Below are positions 24,467-37,621 of a DNA stretch of 48,234 nucleotides, piece by piece (the stretch's first letter is position 1; each line of letters starts with the position of its first letter). A program made the position numbers and the translations under genes. The DNA comes from Octopus bimaculoides (taxonomy: Eukaryota). Location of the stretch: NCBI RefSeq assembly GCF_001194135.2, contig NC_068984.1, forward strand, positions 32,957,090-33,005,323. Reading direction: 5' to 3'. The notes under the pieces were generated by a model. It worked only from the letters and a program-made list of their open reading frames with translations, was not told the DNA's origin and did no database searches.

Positions 24467-24472
<6 letters not shown>
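24144..24472. mobile_element. Fold-back / MITE-like element with ~103 bp terminal inverted repeats
   Basis: 24144-24246 and 24370-24472 are reverse complements at roughly 80% by eye (e.g. ggaaacatcgtttcc(g/a)gttggctatataacac). 123 bp spacer, no ORF, (TA)n on the right. Confidence 0.8.
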
Positions 24473-24513
<41 letters not shown>

Positions 24514-25936
24514 CACACATTCATACATGCATACATACATACATACATACATACATACATACGTACATAAATATATAGACAAACAGATAGATACCTACAG
24601 ACATACATTTTTCCAGAGATTAAGGTCTCAATGGAACATGGTGGAACCACATGAAGAACTACTCATAGCATTCATATTACCTATAAACATGTATTATTCA
24701 TATTGGAAGTGTCAAGAGAGTTACATTTTGTGTTCTGAACTCGTCGAAAGTTGGTGATGACAGTGGACTGAAATTTGTAGCTATTTGCACGGTAAAATAT
24801 ATTAAAGCTAACACTAATATCGAAAAAGAAACGAAATCAAAAGTACAAATGTGAAATAAACAGGTAATATGTGCAATGATATGATGAAAATAACAACACT
24901 AACTGCAAAATAAATTACGAATTTATAGCTATATGTAGAGTGATAAATGTTGATAGTAGGACTGAAGTTGGTGAAGATAATGATTATATTGTGAGGATAA
25001 TGCTGATAATTTTGGGATAATAATGACGCTTAGAAAACTCGCATAAAAATAAGTTGTTGTTATATTATCCTTAAGGACCGTCCTAATGCGAGGGCGGAAT
25101 AAATATATTATAGAAATAACGGTAAAGTTATGTCTTGTAGTTAGTTGGAAGCAATGATGACAGAAATTGTATTCATAAAGAATATTTACATTCATAAAAA
25201 AAAGAGAAAACGAAGCTGGACACTTGGTGCTGTGTACAATGAGATTCAGAAGGCGGGCGAAATTAATGAAGTGCTCTAATAGAGGGGGAAAATGAAGCTC
25301 TTCAGTAGGTCAACCAGTAGGCCCCTATAAATGTCACATATAAACCACATATACAAGCACACGTACTCTCACACACAACCACGCATACATACACTCTTTG
25401 ACTCATATATATATATATATATATATATANNNNNNNNNNNNNNNNNNNNNNNNNNNNNNNNNNNNNNNNNNNNNNNNNNNNNNNNNNNNNNNNNNNNNNN
25501 NNNNNNNNNNNNNNNNNNNNNNNNNNNNNNNNNNNNNNNNNNNNNNNNNNNNNNNNNNNNNNNNNNNNNNNNNNNNNNNNNNNNNNNNNNNNNNNNNNNN
25601 NNNNNNNNNNNNNNNNNNNNNNNNNNNNNNNNNNNNNNNNNNNNNNNNNNNNNNNNNNNNNNNNNNNNNNNNNNNNNNNNNNNNNNNNNNNNNNNNNNNN
25701 NNNNNNNNNNNNNNNNNNNNNNNNNNNNNNNNNNNNNNNNNNNNNNNNNNNNNNNNNNNNNNNNNNNNNNNNNNNNNNNNNNNNNNNNNNNNNNNNNNNN
25801 NNNNNNNNNNNNNNNNNNNNNNNNNNNNNNNNNNNNNNNNNNNNNNNNNNNNNNNNNNNNNNNNNNNNNNNNNNNNNNNNNNNNNNNNNNNNNNNNNNNN
25901 NNNNNNNATATATATATATATATATACATACATATA

Positions 25937-26204
25937 TACAGGGTGCGGTGCATAAATTTGCACCATTTTACACTTTTAATCTCGCACATGCGCATTGTTT
26001 CATTCGCATCTTGATGACTACACAGTATAGTAGGTGCAGTTGGGCACCACCTGTGAGAAAAACGGCACCATGACGCAATGCACTCTGCCAGAAATTCGAA
26101 AGCAACATGCTGTTCTACTGGGCATTCGCGCCGCGAGCTCCAATACGAATATTTCAGAGTGTTTAGGTGTCAATCTGAGGATAGTGCAGAGGGTTGGGAA
26201 AGTT
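25937..26204 (+). mobile_element. Tc1/mariner-superfamily element, 5' fragment (TIR plus transposase HTH)
   Basis: TA-cagggtg start; from 26070, MTQCTLPEIRKQHAVLLGIRAASSNTNISECLGVNLRIVQRVGK (HTH-like I...LGV..R.VQR); truncated at (TA)n. Confidence 0.6.
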
Positions 26205-26651
26205 ACATATATATATATATATAAGGGTGTGTGTCCCCACGTTTCCCCGAATGATACGCTTGACCAACCTTGAAAAATCTCAATAATCCTTAGATCGTTT
26301 TTCATTCAAAAGCCATTCTGATATTCACGTTTATTCTTTATATTTGACTCTTTGATTTCTGTACCTACCACTCCCCGAATAATTACAAAACATCCTACCT
26401 CGTTAATGGATCTGTGCACTACTATAAACGCACGCATGATATCAACACCATCCTGCCACAAACTGTAGGGAAATGTACATATTATAACACTGAAAATTAT
26501 GTAACCTTATAAATTTCTTCTGCATTATGGGGTGCATTCAATTCCATTATATCGTTCCCCAACCACTAGGGAGCAATGTAAGTGTAAGCGGAAACGATCG
26601 TCGAGCTAAGTAAAGCTTACATTACTCTCTGTCTTCCGAAATAATTATTTA

Positions 26652-26688
<37 letters not shown>

Positions 26689-26859
26689 NNNNNNNNNNNN
26701 NNNNNNNNNNNNNNNNNNNNNNNNNNNNNNNNNNNNNAAGGTTTTTAAACTTTTAAATTTTCATATTCAAAAGAGACAGAGACTTCAAATTCGATATATC
26801 GATTCATAAGGTTTTTAAACTTTTAAATATATATATAAAACTTATATATATATATAAAA

Positions 26860-28492
26860 AATAAGAAATGTAGTTAAACGCAGGTGTTATTCAAATCTTT
26901 ATACTTCCGACATATGTTTCGAAGAAAACATTGGTATTATTCCTGAGAGAATAAAAAGCTGTAAATCTATGTATTCATCTTGTCAGGGCAAAAAGAGGAA
27001 CAAAACATCAATAGGCCATTTTAACCGAAAGTGATAACCGCTTATGTGAAGGAAGGGAATGCTAGCAAGTTATCATTTTTTAAAGAAAACGTTCATAGAT
27101 CTAACTTCAATTGCATATTTAGGGAAAGAGAAGGAGGAGAAATAAAGAAATTAACAGAAAATGAAGAGTAGAGAAATACAGTGCGATAAATGAGTGGAAA
27201 TAAACCTGAAGGGCGTGTAAATAGATGTATGTAGTTGAAATGAAATGTAAGAAAACAGCTAAATGTAAAATTTTATAGATTGGTTAAAACTAATTATAAG
27301 AACACAAGGTATGTTTTTGTCAATGTTTGCATCAAAAGGATTTCCCTTTATCATATCTAAAGGATCTAGATGGAATATTCCATTCCAAACCAAATTGTTT
27401 ATTATGTTCCTGTAGAGACCAAATTAATTTACTAAGTCCAGTGTTGTTGCGTTTATTGATATGTCTAAATGTAGAGTAATGGTTAGATATTCTTTTGGAC
27501 AACTGAGATGAAGAACTACCAATGTAAAAAAGCGACATCAGAACGGGAAGTAATTTTACATTGATAAACAAAGTTTCTGTTCTTAAAATTTCTGCTAAGG
27601 AGACGAATATGATTCGAATTTATATTAGAAATACTAATATTGCTGTTGTTATTGTTCAAAAAAATGGTTAGTGTTAATAATACCAATGTTATTATTTTCA
27701 CTAGGTGGATTTATATTTAACAACTTATTGTTATGCAAAGAGATGATTTGTGAAAGGTTTTTTTTATATTTAAAAACCCTATTCTAATTCGGTGTGAATT
27801 GATAATGGAATGGTATCTTGAATTTTGGGGGAAATTCTTATGTATAGCTTCACGAAAGGTTGGGTTTTGATCTCCCATACCATATGGAATTATTAACCAA
27901 ACAATTTTACTAGAACATACGGTATTATTAGGGTAATTATCTTTAAAAGTCCTAGATTTACCTTCATAATGTAAAAAAGGGTCTTAAAGAACGGTTATCT
28001 ACCTAATGCTGCAAAACTACATTTTCCGATTTAGTGTTGTTATTCGAACTAACATTTATATTGTTATTACCGTTATGACGTGCTTACATGTTCTCATTAA
28101 TAGAGGTAGAATTAATGTCAATAGGGTTAATATAGGTAATGTTTTCTTTATAGCCTGCATTGAGTAAGGCAGTGTTATAAAATACGGCTTTATGGTTGAA
28201 GATATCAACTTTGGCTGATAATCTAGAAAGTCTAAGTGAAATATTTCTGACTAAATTCCTTGTAATAGCTTTTGAATGATTACGGAAAGGGCTAATATAT
28301 TTAAAATTAGTTGAGGGCTTATGGTATGGGAAATATTAATCATTATATAAGGTAAGATATAACAAGTTGGCTTTAGTTATATCATCGACGAAAACAATGC
28401 TTAACTCCATGTTTCAGAAAAATTTAACCAATCTATTTTTAACCCTTTGTAAGAGGAGCAAGAAGACACGAATAAGAAATGTTGGAAAAAAT
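26860..28492 (-). mobile_element. Penelope-like element: RT C-terminus, GIY-YIG endonuclease, 3' UTR/pseudo-LTR
   Basis: RVKNRLVKFF*NMELSIVFVDDITKANLL, YFPYHKPSTNFKYI, NISLRLSRLSAKVDIFNHKAVFYNTALLNAGY; NFVYQCKIT and FYIGSSSSQLSKRISNHYSTFRHINKRNNTGLSKLIWSL (GIY-YIG). Confidence 0.88.
26904..26991 (-). ncRNA. Degenerate hammerhead ribozyme in the Penelope 3' region
   Basis: Minus strand: TTGCC CTGACAA GATGAA...(47 nt)...TTCTTC GAAA C-ATAT-G TC GGAAG. Palindromic stem III ACATATGT, GUC cleavage triplet, G8 mutated to A. Confidence 0.55.
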
Positions 28493-28494
28493 GA

Positions 28495-28669
28495 GGAGGA
28501 TGATGATGTAGATGATGACGACGACGACGACAACGAGGACGACGCCGACGACGATGATGATGATGATCAGGGGACGAGGGGAAAGAAGAGGGGAGAAGAA
28601 GAAGAAGAAGAAGAAGAAGAAGAAGAAGAAGAAGAAGAAGAAGAAGAAGAAGAAGAAGAAGAAGAAGAA
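28495..28669. repeat. Compound (GAT/GAC)n and (GAA)n microsatellite
   Basis: Direct reading; source of the poly-D/E ORF 28367..28711. Confidence 0.95.
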
Positions 28670-29687
28670 TGTCTATGTCGTAGTTATTTTTATATGTTTG
28701 CTCAAACATAGATTCGGATATCGTAGAATCTATTAGTAAGAATGAGTAGAATTATTGAAAATGCACAGCATTATTTCCTTCGACGAAGGCACAAATTATA
28801 GGGCAATGCAGTTACTTCCTTCGTGCCATTGTCGCTGTATTGATTTATATTTTTGATTAATCTCTGTATCCATTACAGTTGCTTCTAAACACCATGATAG
28901 TTTCACTGCAATGCCCACGTCCTGTAGTACAACACGCCTCATTTACAAATGCCCAAATATCACACTTTGTGCTCAATGCAAATTTCTATTAAAATTTTAA
29001 TCAATTTAAACTTTGGAAGTTCTTCGTTCGTCCTTATTGACAAGAATTTATATTAATGCTAATGATTTATCATCTTAGTACGAATGCAATTTCAATTGAC
29101 TAAATATTATTTTGGCTCATGACTTTAAATATGTCAGCCTTCACTTAGCAATATCCAGTTCATGCAGAAGGCATATTTCGAAATACCAACCTCCTCTCCA
29201 AAAATAAGCAGAGACTGATACACCATCTCACTTCCATTTACAGATATTTCAGCTCAATTGCAATATTCATGCACATCAATAATGCATGACAATCACATTA
29301 TTATTATTTTCAAAATTTTCAAGATATTTTATGAACAGGCATCTCCGTTCTTTGTTATGTTACCTGATTTATATTTGTCTATGGAAGAATATTACTGAAA
29401 TGTAAGACATTCATTTCATCACATTGTCCTTTTCAGCTCTATATGCAAACATATAGCTCCCTACGACGCCTGTCGATGGGTAAATGCGTCAGTTTACTGT
29501 ATCCTATGTCTTTAAAGCCCTATACATATTCGATATGCTAGTGATGGCGTTGATGTTGATTTATATTTAACCTCAAATTTCAAATTAAAAATCACTATAA
29601 TCAGGATTTTACCTTTCATTTCTCAGAGACGTTAAAATATTTGTACTGCTCATTCATATATATTTTCCAATGATTATATTGTCCTTA

Positions 29688-29868
29688 GAGGTGGTGTGCT
29701 GGCAGACTCTTCAGCCCGAAGTGTGAAATGCTTAGTAGCATTTCTTCCGTCTTTACGCTCTGACTTCAAATTCCGCCGAGCTTTATTTTACCTTTCATCC
29801 ATTCGTGATCGATATACTTGACTTACAACCTGTATCGAAATTACTGGCCATTATACCAAAATTTGAAC
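29688..29868 (+). mobile_element. SINE family 2
   Basis: gtggtgtgctggcag...gaaatgcttagtagcatttc...cttcaaattccgccgag...cctttcatcc. Confidence 0.75.
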
Positions 29869-29977
29869 TTATATATTGCCCTTATATTCAAGTGACGATT
29901 ATATAATTTATCACAGACAACACACACACATACACACATACACACACACACACACGTTCACACACACGTGTACATAC

Positions 29978-30010
<33 letters not shown>

Positions 30011-30092
30011 GCCACACACACACCAAGTAAGAAGCACACATGAGTAAATTAATGCTGTATTAACTAATTTGTTTCAATAACAAATTGTTCTA

Positions 30093-30230
30093 CAAATTCT
30101 GCCGAGGTCGACTTTGCCTTTCATCCTTTCGGATTCGATACATTAAGTACCAGTTGCGTACTATGATCGATCTAATCGACTAGCCCCCTCCCCCCAAATT
30201 TTGGGCCTTGTGCCTTGAGTAGAAAAGAAT
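30093..30230 (+). mobile_element. SINE family 2, 5'-truncated, with ~21 bp target-site duplication
   Basis: caaattctgccgaggtcgactttgcctttcatcc...gggccttgtgcc...agaaaagaat. Flanks aataacaaattgttctacaaa (30076-30096) and aataccaatttgttctacaaa (30228-30248) match 19/21. Confidence 0.85.
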
Positions 30231-31125
30231 ACCAATTTGTTCTACAAAATACAAAATAGATTATTATGCAACGCCATGCGTACGCATATCGTATTCATGA
30301 ATTATATATTTGTGGACATAAAAAAGAAGGACTAGACAAATTAAGTTCAATAATGTAATACATTGCCATCATAAGGTTGAACGTAGTCCGACTGATCCTT
30401 CTATTGTAGCAATGAAGATTTTGCTTATACAAACAGGTGTTTATATTTGTCGATACATACTGTAGTGGATTACAACATATATTAGTAAATTTAAACATAT
30501 TGAGACATAGAAACAAATGAAATAATGTATTTCCTGTGAATGTAAATCGTCTTTCATCTTGATGCACTACATATTTCTGCTAAGATCTTGTCTAGATTAC
30601 TACCATTGAAACTAAGACACAGCTCAGAAAATAAGTCGATAGACATTTCTCAACAACAAAAGAATCTCATTTAAGTAGAATGTGAAATTAAGTTTTGGGA
30701 ATTAAACTAACGGAAATGTAAGTGACATTAGAACGTAACATCATAGTGAAAAAGCAAATATAATAAAAGACTTTTGGAAACTGTAGACATTTTGCCAGAG
30801 TTATCGCACGTTCTTTGCCAGTTCTGTTCAATCACACTAATAGCACATACGCAGACTGTAGTCTCAGACATATTGCACACATTCTTTTCCTATTACATGA
30901 CATTTGTACACTTTTTCTTTAAAGACTTGAACTTGTTCATGCCAGGCATGATGATGATGACGCTGTTGTTTAGTCCAACGGCATTCCTAAACGAGCAGAC
31001 TTATTTTGAAACGTGTTCCAGTTGTAGCTATCTTGTTATTCTGCACATGAGAATCTATGTTGTAAAATATATTCTTCTTATTTACGAGAAAGGGAAATGC
31101 ATCCAGTAAACGCATAGAAGATCTC

Positions 31126-31199
31126 TCATGGACTCATATTTTTGTTGTTGTTGATGTTGTTTTGGCTGTTTGCTTCAGGTTGATTCTCATTGAGCAAAG
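31126..31199 (-). CDS. Candidate terminal coding exon of an unknown gene
   Basis: Acceptor ttttattcacag, then xCT TTG CTC AAT... = (x)LLNENQPEANSQNNINNNKNMSP*. No partner exon identified. Confidence 0.2.
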
Positions 31200-32448
31200 C
31201 TGTGAATAAAATTACTCCAGTGTTAAAATTTTGATCCTTTCTTGACTCATAATGTACTTCTGAAAACACTATTCAATAGTTTCTTATTAGTTTTAAATAC
31301 TAGCCAATAATATCACAGATACGTGGCTGATATATCTAGCAATGTGAAAGACTTCATAGTTACTGACTTATGTCGTCTATGTCAAATGTGTTATTGTTCG
31401 AGTAGTGACGTAGCCGAAACAAATTTGTTTTTTGTTTCAAGAATACTGTTGCAGAATAGTCTGCAGTATATTTTTGTTTTGATCAGATTCGTTCTACTAA
31501 TATCATGGCTTGAAAGAGTTTAAGCTGCTATTCCTAATATAGTGAACAACGAGCAAAAGGCTGTCTCGTTTACTTAAGAGCAAGCTATTTAAAAGTATAT
31601 GTAAAACGTTGAAATGGATGAGAGTACATATAACATGAAACTATAGCAGTACGAAATTTTAGGTTATATTTCTGGATAAAATTTACATAATGAGCTTCGT
31701 TCGAAGATATGTAAAGCTACTAAAACGCCAAATAATAGTATTATAAATGGATTTACTTAAAGGAAGTGAAAATACTCTACGAGATACAATAGGTTACTAT
31801 TTCTAATAAATTTTATTTGTTACATTTATTCTGGGAATTGACCTAACAATACAAACGTGGCTACAAATTCAAAGAATGTGTATATATGCGGAGGTTGATA
31901 TTTTCAGTTAAACTTCTTACAACACAGTCAATAATATAACGAGTATGTGACTATACATAGGATGTGGAGGAGCAAATAATGGAAATAAACACGCACACAC
32001 ACATACACACTTGTGCACAGACGTTTAGAATATATAAACCCATGTATGCCTGAAGTAGAATATATGCAATTTTATGATTTACAAAGGTTCATAGACACAA
32101 ACACACATATTATTCGTGCATAAATGCCTTTAGGAATTCTATAAATTTCAATTAAACTCAGAGCGAGGAATACTTGGCAGAATATCTGCATCTTGTACTC
32201 CCACCACAAAACTTTACAATGTATTTGTATACATATGTATGTATTAATGTACACACACACACGTACACACACTCACACACACACACACACACACACAGAC
32301 ACACATATATATACATACATATATGTATGTATACGTACACACACACACATATACATAGATACACGCATACATATATAATACATATATGTGTGTATGTCTA
32401 TTTATATTAGTATTTATGATTTATATGTGTATATGTAGATACACACAC

Positions 32449-32549
<101 letters not shown>

Positions 32550-34019
32550 TATGCATGCATGTATATACTTATATATTTATGTGCGTGTGAGGGTGTATAT
32601 ATGGTGTATGTGTTTATATATATATGTATGCCTGTAGGTATTCAAGTATGTATATGACCATGTTTGTATAAGTGGGAGTATATTCAGATATATATAAATA
32701 TATGTGCATATATATGATTTCTCTTAAACAGTTACACTCATACACGTATACATCTATATTTACTTATATATAGACAGATAGGTATAGAGGAACACAAAGG
32801 TATGACAAATGGTCATATGCATCTATAAATACATTTTAGCACACATACACACACACAGAAGCAAGCACAATGACCTGCTAATACACAAAAATATATGCAA
32901 ACACAGTCACATAGACATACACACGCACGCACACAGTTGCAGACGCATATATCATGCAAGCGTCTTCATATATTCACGCAGAAGCCATTACAGTGATTTT
33001 ATAATCTTCAAATATTAGTTGAGATCGCGCGTCCACTGTAGTCTGCTGTCTACTCCCATCATAGATTTACTACAAGTAGACATTCGGCAATATATTTTCA
33101 TTCAGCACCGATATACCCTTCTTTGTCGCCTCCCAAGCCTAAGCAGCATCGTAAATGCATCCGGCCTCATTGAATGAATTACAGTATTTTATGGCCAATA
33201 AAACGGCCGTGCAGTAAATTTACCAATTCAGCCACTTCTCATTTTATCGCAGCGAGCGACTCTGCTCACATTAAACAAATTCTATTCCTTCCTTTTCTTT
33301 TCTTTGTGAAAATCTCTCCGGTCATCTTCCTTCCGCTGATTTATCGGTTTTTGTGAGCGTTCAGTCTATAACTAAAGCGCCTGGTTGTCCTATAATCTGT
33401 TTGAACAACTGCACAAATCGTCAACTTGATACTAGTAAAATAAATAGCAAAATTAAATCAAATTGATAAATAAATGAAAAGAACGCCAAAAATATGAAAA
33501 GAAGGGAATAATACTTAACAGTAAGTTACAAAGTTCAAAGATAAATGAAAATATTATTAGCAAAATTAAAAACGTTTCATGACAGGAGTAGTCACAGTGA
33601 CTTTTTTAGTGCCTTGTGGAATTTAGTCACATTCCATTACGTTCTGAGTTCAAATTCCGCTGAAATCAATTTTATTATTGCTTATTCTAGAGTTAGTAAT
33701 TACCAGTGAAGTAGATGTGTCAATTGAACGAATATGATACGTTAATTATCTTTGATAATGGACTACACTTCCTGAAAATAAGTGGTTATGTACCTATGTT
33801 CAAAATAATTAACAAAATGACTTATTTCCATAAAGAAGGTGACTGCTGTATTGTGTCAGTAGATGGCGGAAGACATTCAGATCATAAAAGACGAGTTTGT
33901 TTATGATATTGAATATTATACGCATAGGTTTAGATTTCAGTTTTCTTTCCTTTTCTTCCATTTGTTGATTTTGGTGGGAGGGACATTATCTATGCTGTTT
34001 GGAGGGTTTCCAAAACCCA

Positions 34020-34420
34020 TCAGTTTGATGCCATTCATGCTCTATTTAAACTGGCAAGTTTAACACATCCATAACAGTCATGAGTGGAAGAATATTCCAC
34101 AGGGAAGATGCGCAGGTGTGAAAGGCCTGGGTTTTGTAGTTAGTGCTGTGCTGAGGAGGTTGGTTGCACCAAAAGCGAAGAGGTGTAAAGGGAAGGGAGT
34201 CGGGGGTGCATGAGAAGCAGTTCCACGGAAAGTTGACGTCATAGCGATATAAAAGACAGGGAGAATAAACGACATACCAGTTGGCCAAAGGCTGGAGCGT
34301 ATCAATAAATGACTGGATATCGATTCTTTGAGTGGTTCTGGATGTATGTCGATAACACAGTCAAGTAATAGGCTTGATCTCATCAATTTTATATCCAAGA
34401 CAAACACAATAGTAAGAAAT
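34020..34420 (-). mobile_element. CR1/Jockey-group LINE 3' fragment
   Basis: IKLMRSSLL..LHP, LLYRYD, TQAFHTCASSLWNILP...NLPVF resemble the RT C-terminal LFYRYY...SFF.RTS.LWN.LP...NL..FK region. Confidence 0.65.
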
Positions 34421-36034
34421 ATTTGGCATTGCGTATTCGTTGGAAATGAATATACTATACGTTAATGAATGTTATACGTTAATATATAATAGAGTAATTC
34501 AAATCAGATTTACCCTACATACTCTTACTTGATAGCATTAGTTCCAATAATCTACAACGACAAATGCCATAAAAGAAGAATATTATTTTTTCTACACAAA
34601 ACGATCTTGAGTTTAGTCAAAACAAATCAAACGTTTATGAGCGAATTCAGTTTGCATGGATGTTAAACATATTAGCAAGAGCAACTAATTTTCCTTCACA
34701 TGATGCGCAGATTTGCAGATATCAAGACGCATTAGATAACGTAGATGTATATACGAAGGTAAGATGGGGAGGTCACGGTTAGAATGTTATTGATATTTGG
34801 GTTTTAAATCAGGGAATTCCTGGAGCTAAACATCCTCAGCATCAACAAATCAATAGTTTATATATACATAACGAATATTTGTTACCTGAGAAAAAAATAT
34901 CGAATTTCTTTTTTAGGAGATAGAGACTTGTATCGTTTCTAACTTTCAAACTTACCCCAAAGCATTAGCGATTTAAATGAAAGTAAAAACTACCGCTGAT
35001 CACATGCTAAGTAAATACTGATTTCTTGGGTGGGTACAAGCTACTGATTAGAAGATTATAGTTGCAGCCGATTGGATCGATTCGCATGTATTTATAGTTC
35101 ATATTTTATCGAACTTGACATGAAAAAACATCTACTTCAGTAGTATTTCAACTCAGAATGTCGGTTACCTTAACTAATTATAATCCGGGTGTATAATTCT
35201 TTTATCAAGCCTTATGAATATTGCTACACACGCACGTACACACAGATACACAAGCAGACACACGTGTGTGTGTACGTATTTGTGTGTATATGTTTTTGCG
35301 TGTTTATGTATGTGTGTGTGTGCGTGTATGTGTATGTGTGTGTACGTATGTTTATATATGTACACACACATGCATAAGTTTTAGTTTCCTATACGTTGCA
35401 TCAATAACATCCCTCCCAATAAATTCGTTGTGACTTTAGCTACATACGCCGACTGAATTTTCCATTTGATCAGTTACCTTTCGGTTCAGAATTTCAAAGA
35501 TTCTTAGATTTAATACGTAAATGGAAAGTAACATTTTTTCCTTAACACCGGAGCAATAACTCTGACTGGAAGAATTGAACTCAACAATGCAAGCTAACCC
35601 ATGATATGACATGGTAGAGTAGTCCCGGGATAAAACTATAAATTATTCCACAGTTTTAAGGTTTGTGAATAAAAAATATATAGATTCTGTCGTTGATATG
35701 TAGGTGCCTTTTTTGCTTACATATATTAGATAGGTTTGGAACAGGTATATAAACCATTATCACGCCAACTAGTATTTCTTTTGCCTATGGATTTACATTC
35801 CACTCTTTCATATTCATGTGAACTGTACTTGTCAAATACATTGAAGCCAGCTACATAAGAGAATTATGAAAAATGAGAGCAACACTTATTTATCAGCTCT
35901 TGTTTCGCAATAAAATTGTCTAAAACAAGCATAAGTTCTGAAAGAAATAGCTGTTGTAACTGATATTAGTACATTCCCGCATGCCTACGCACGCACACAC
36001 ACAAACACACACATACACACACACGCGCACGCGC

Positions 36035-36073
<39 letters not shown>

Positions 36074-37587
36074 CCATATAATATCATACCAAATATCGTA
36101 TCATGTCATATCAAAAACTGTTAGAGCAAATGCAAAGCCAAACTTAAAGTCATGTGCAATCAGATTCAAGATTAATATCGATTTCCAACAGAAGGACGGA
36201 GCGAAACGTCTTGAGCTCTGCATTTTTCTGTTGCTTCCTTTCATTCTTTGCCAGAGGAGATGAACTCGGAAAGATCTGAAATCTGTATGCAAAGATATGT
36301 GTCGCAATACTGCAAACAATTTTATCCCGCGCTCTATCGATACTGCCATTATGCAGTTCTATAAGTATCCTATTATTGCAAGATATTTTCTTAGCATCAT
36401 TTAGTTCCTAGTAACTCGCCTGTTTCATGAATACTAACGATAGCATTTATTCTCAAACAATATTGGGGCATGTAGTTACTTTGTAGTAGCTGTATATATC
36501 GAGTAATAAGGAAAACAAAGAGAATTTTACAGTTTTTTCTATGGAGAACAAATTATTTGTTAACATTTTATTTGAGATTCCGTTGACAGAACCCCATAAA
36601 ACTTAGATAATTGAAGCAAATCAATAACAACAATAACAATAACATGGCAATAACAGTAAACAAAGCTATTTATGTGAAACCATTATGCATGAAATGAAAT
36701 GCGATGCATGCATCAAAATACTTGTGAAATCAGTAATATTCAAAAGAAACGGTAATTCGTGGAGATTAATAAGTAACTGCAAAACGGGAAAAATGAAGAA
36801 GCAATCTAAATATACATATGTACATATATATGTATATACACGTGGGTGCCACACACACACACACGCATGTGTCTATGAACGTTTGTATGTATATATGTGT
36901 ACACAAACATACACCCGCACACGCTTATATATATATAGAGAGAGAGTAGGAGATAAAAGCATGTACATACATACATGCATACACACATATATACATTTTT
37001 GTGTAAGAAAAAGAGAGACCGGAAAAAAGGAAAGAGAAACGAGAACAATCTCATAAAGGACTTAAAGAAGCGCTGAAAGGGACAAAGAATTTAAAACGAA
37101 AATCGGGAACAAAGTAGAAAAGAAAGAGCATAAAATTAAGAAAGAAGAAATACCGATTATAAAGAATCTCTGTAAAAAAAAAATCATAAACAATGTTGTT
37201 AATCTGAAGATTATTGGATAGCTAGGAATAATTCCTGAAAGTGTATTCAGATATTTTCTTTGTTGCCAGGAAGTTAGTTACANNNNNNNNNNNNNNNNNN
37301 NNNNNNNNNNNNNNNNNNNNNNNNNNNNNNNNNNNNNNNNNNNNNNNNNNNNNNNNNNNNNNNNNNNNNNNNNNNNNNNNNNNNNNNNNNNNNNNNNNNN
37401 NNNNNNNNNNNNNNNNNNNNNNNNNNNNNNNNNNNNNNNNNNNNNNNNNNNNNNNNNNNNNNNNNNNNNNNNNNNNNNNNNNNNNNNNNNNNNNNNNNNN
37501 NNNNNNNNNNNNNNNNNNNNNNNNNNNNNNNNNNNNNNNNNNNNNNNNNNNNNNNNNNNNNNNNNNNNNNNNNNNNNNNNNNNNNNA

Positions 37588-37621
<34 letters not shown>

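Noticed and set aside
28367-28711. Acidic poly-D/poly-E ORF
   Set aside because: Translation of (GAT/GAC)n and (GAA)n microsatellites plus antisense Penelope sequence.
33165-33350. Hox-cluster microRNAs (miR-10 family) near the Hox-type motif cluster
   Set aside because: No mature miR-10-like sequence seen by eye in the window; N-gaps could hide one.
36255-36364. Possible plus-strand exon after a strong pyrimidine tract (EEMNSERSEICMQRY...)
   Set aside because: Ends in a stop at the only donor-like site; no homology recognised.
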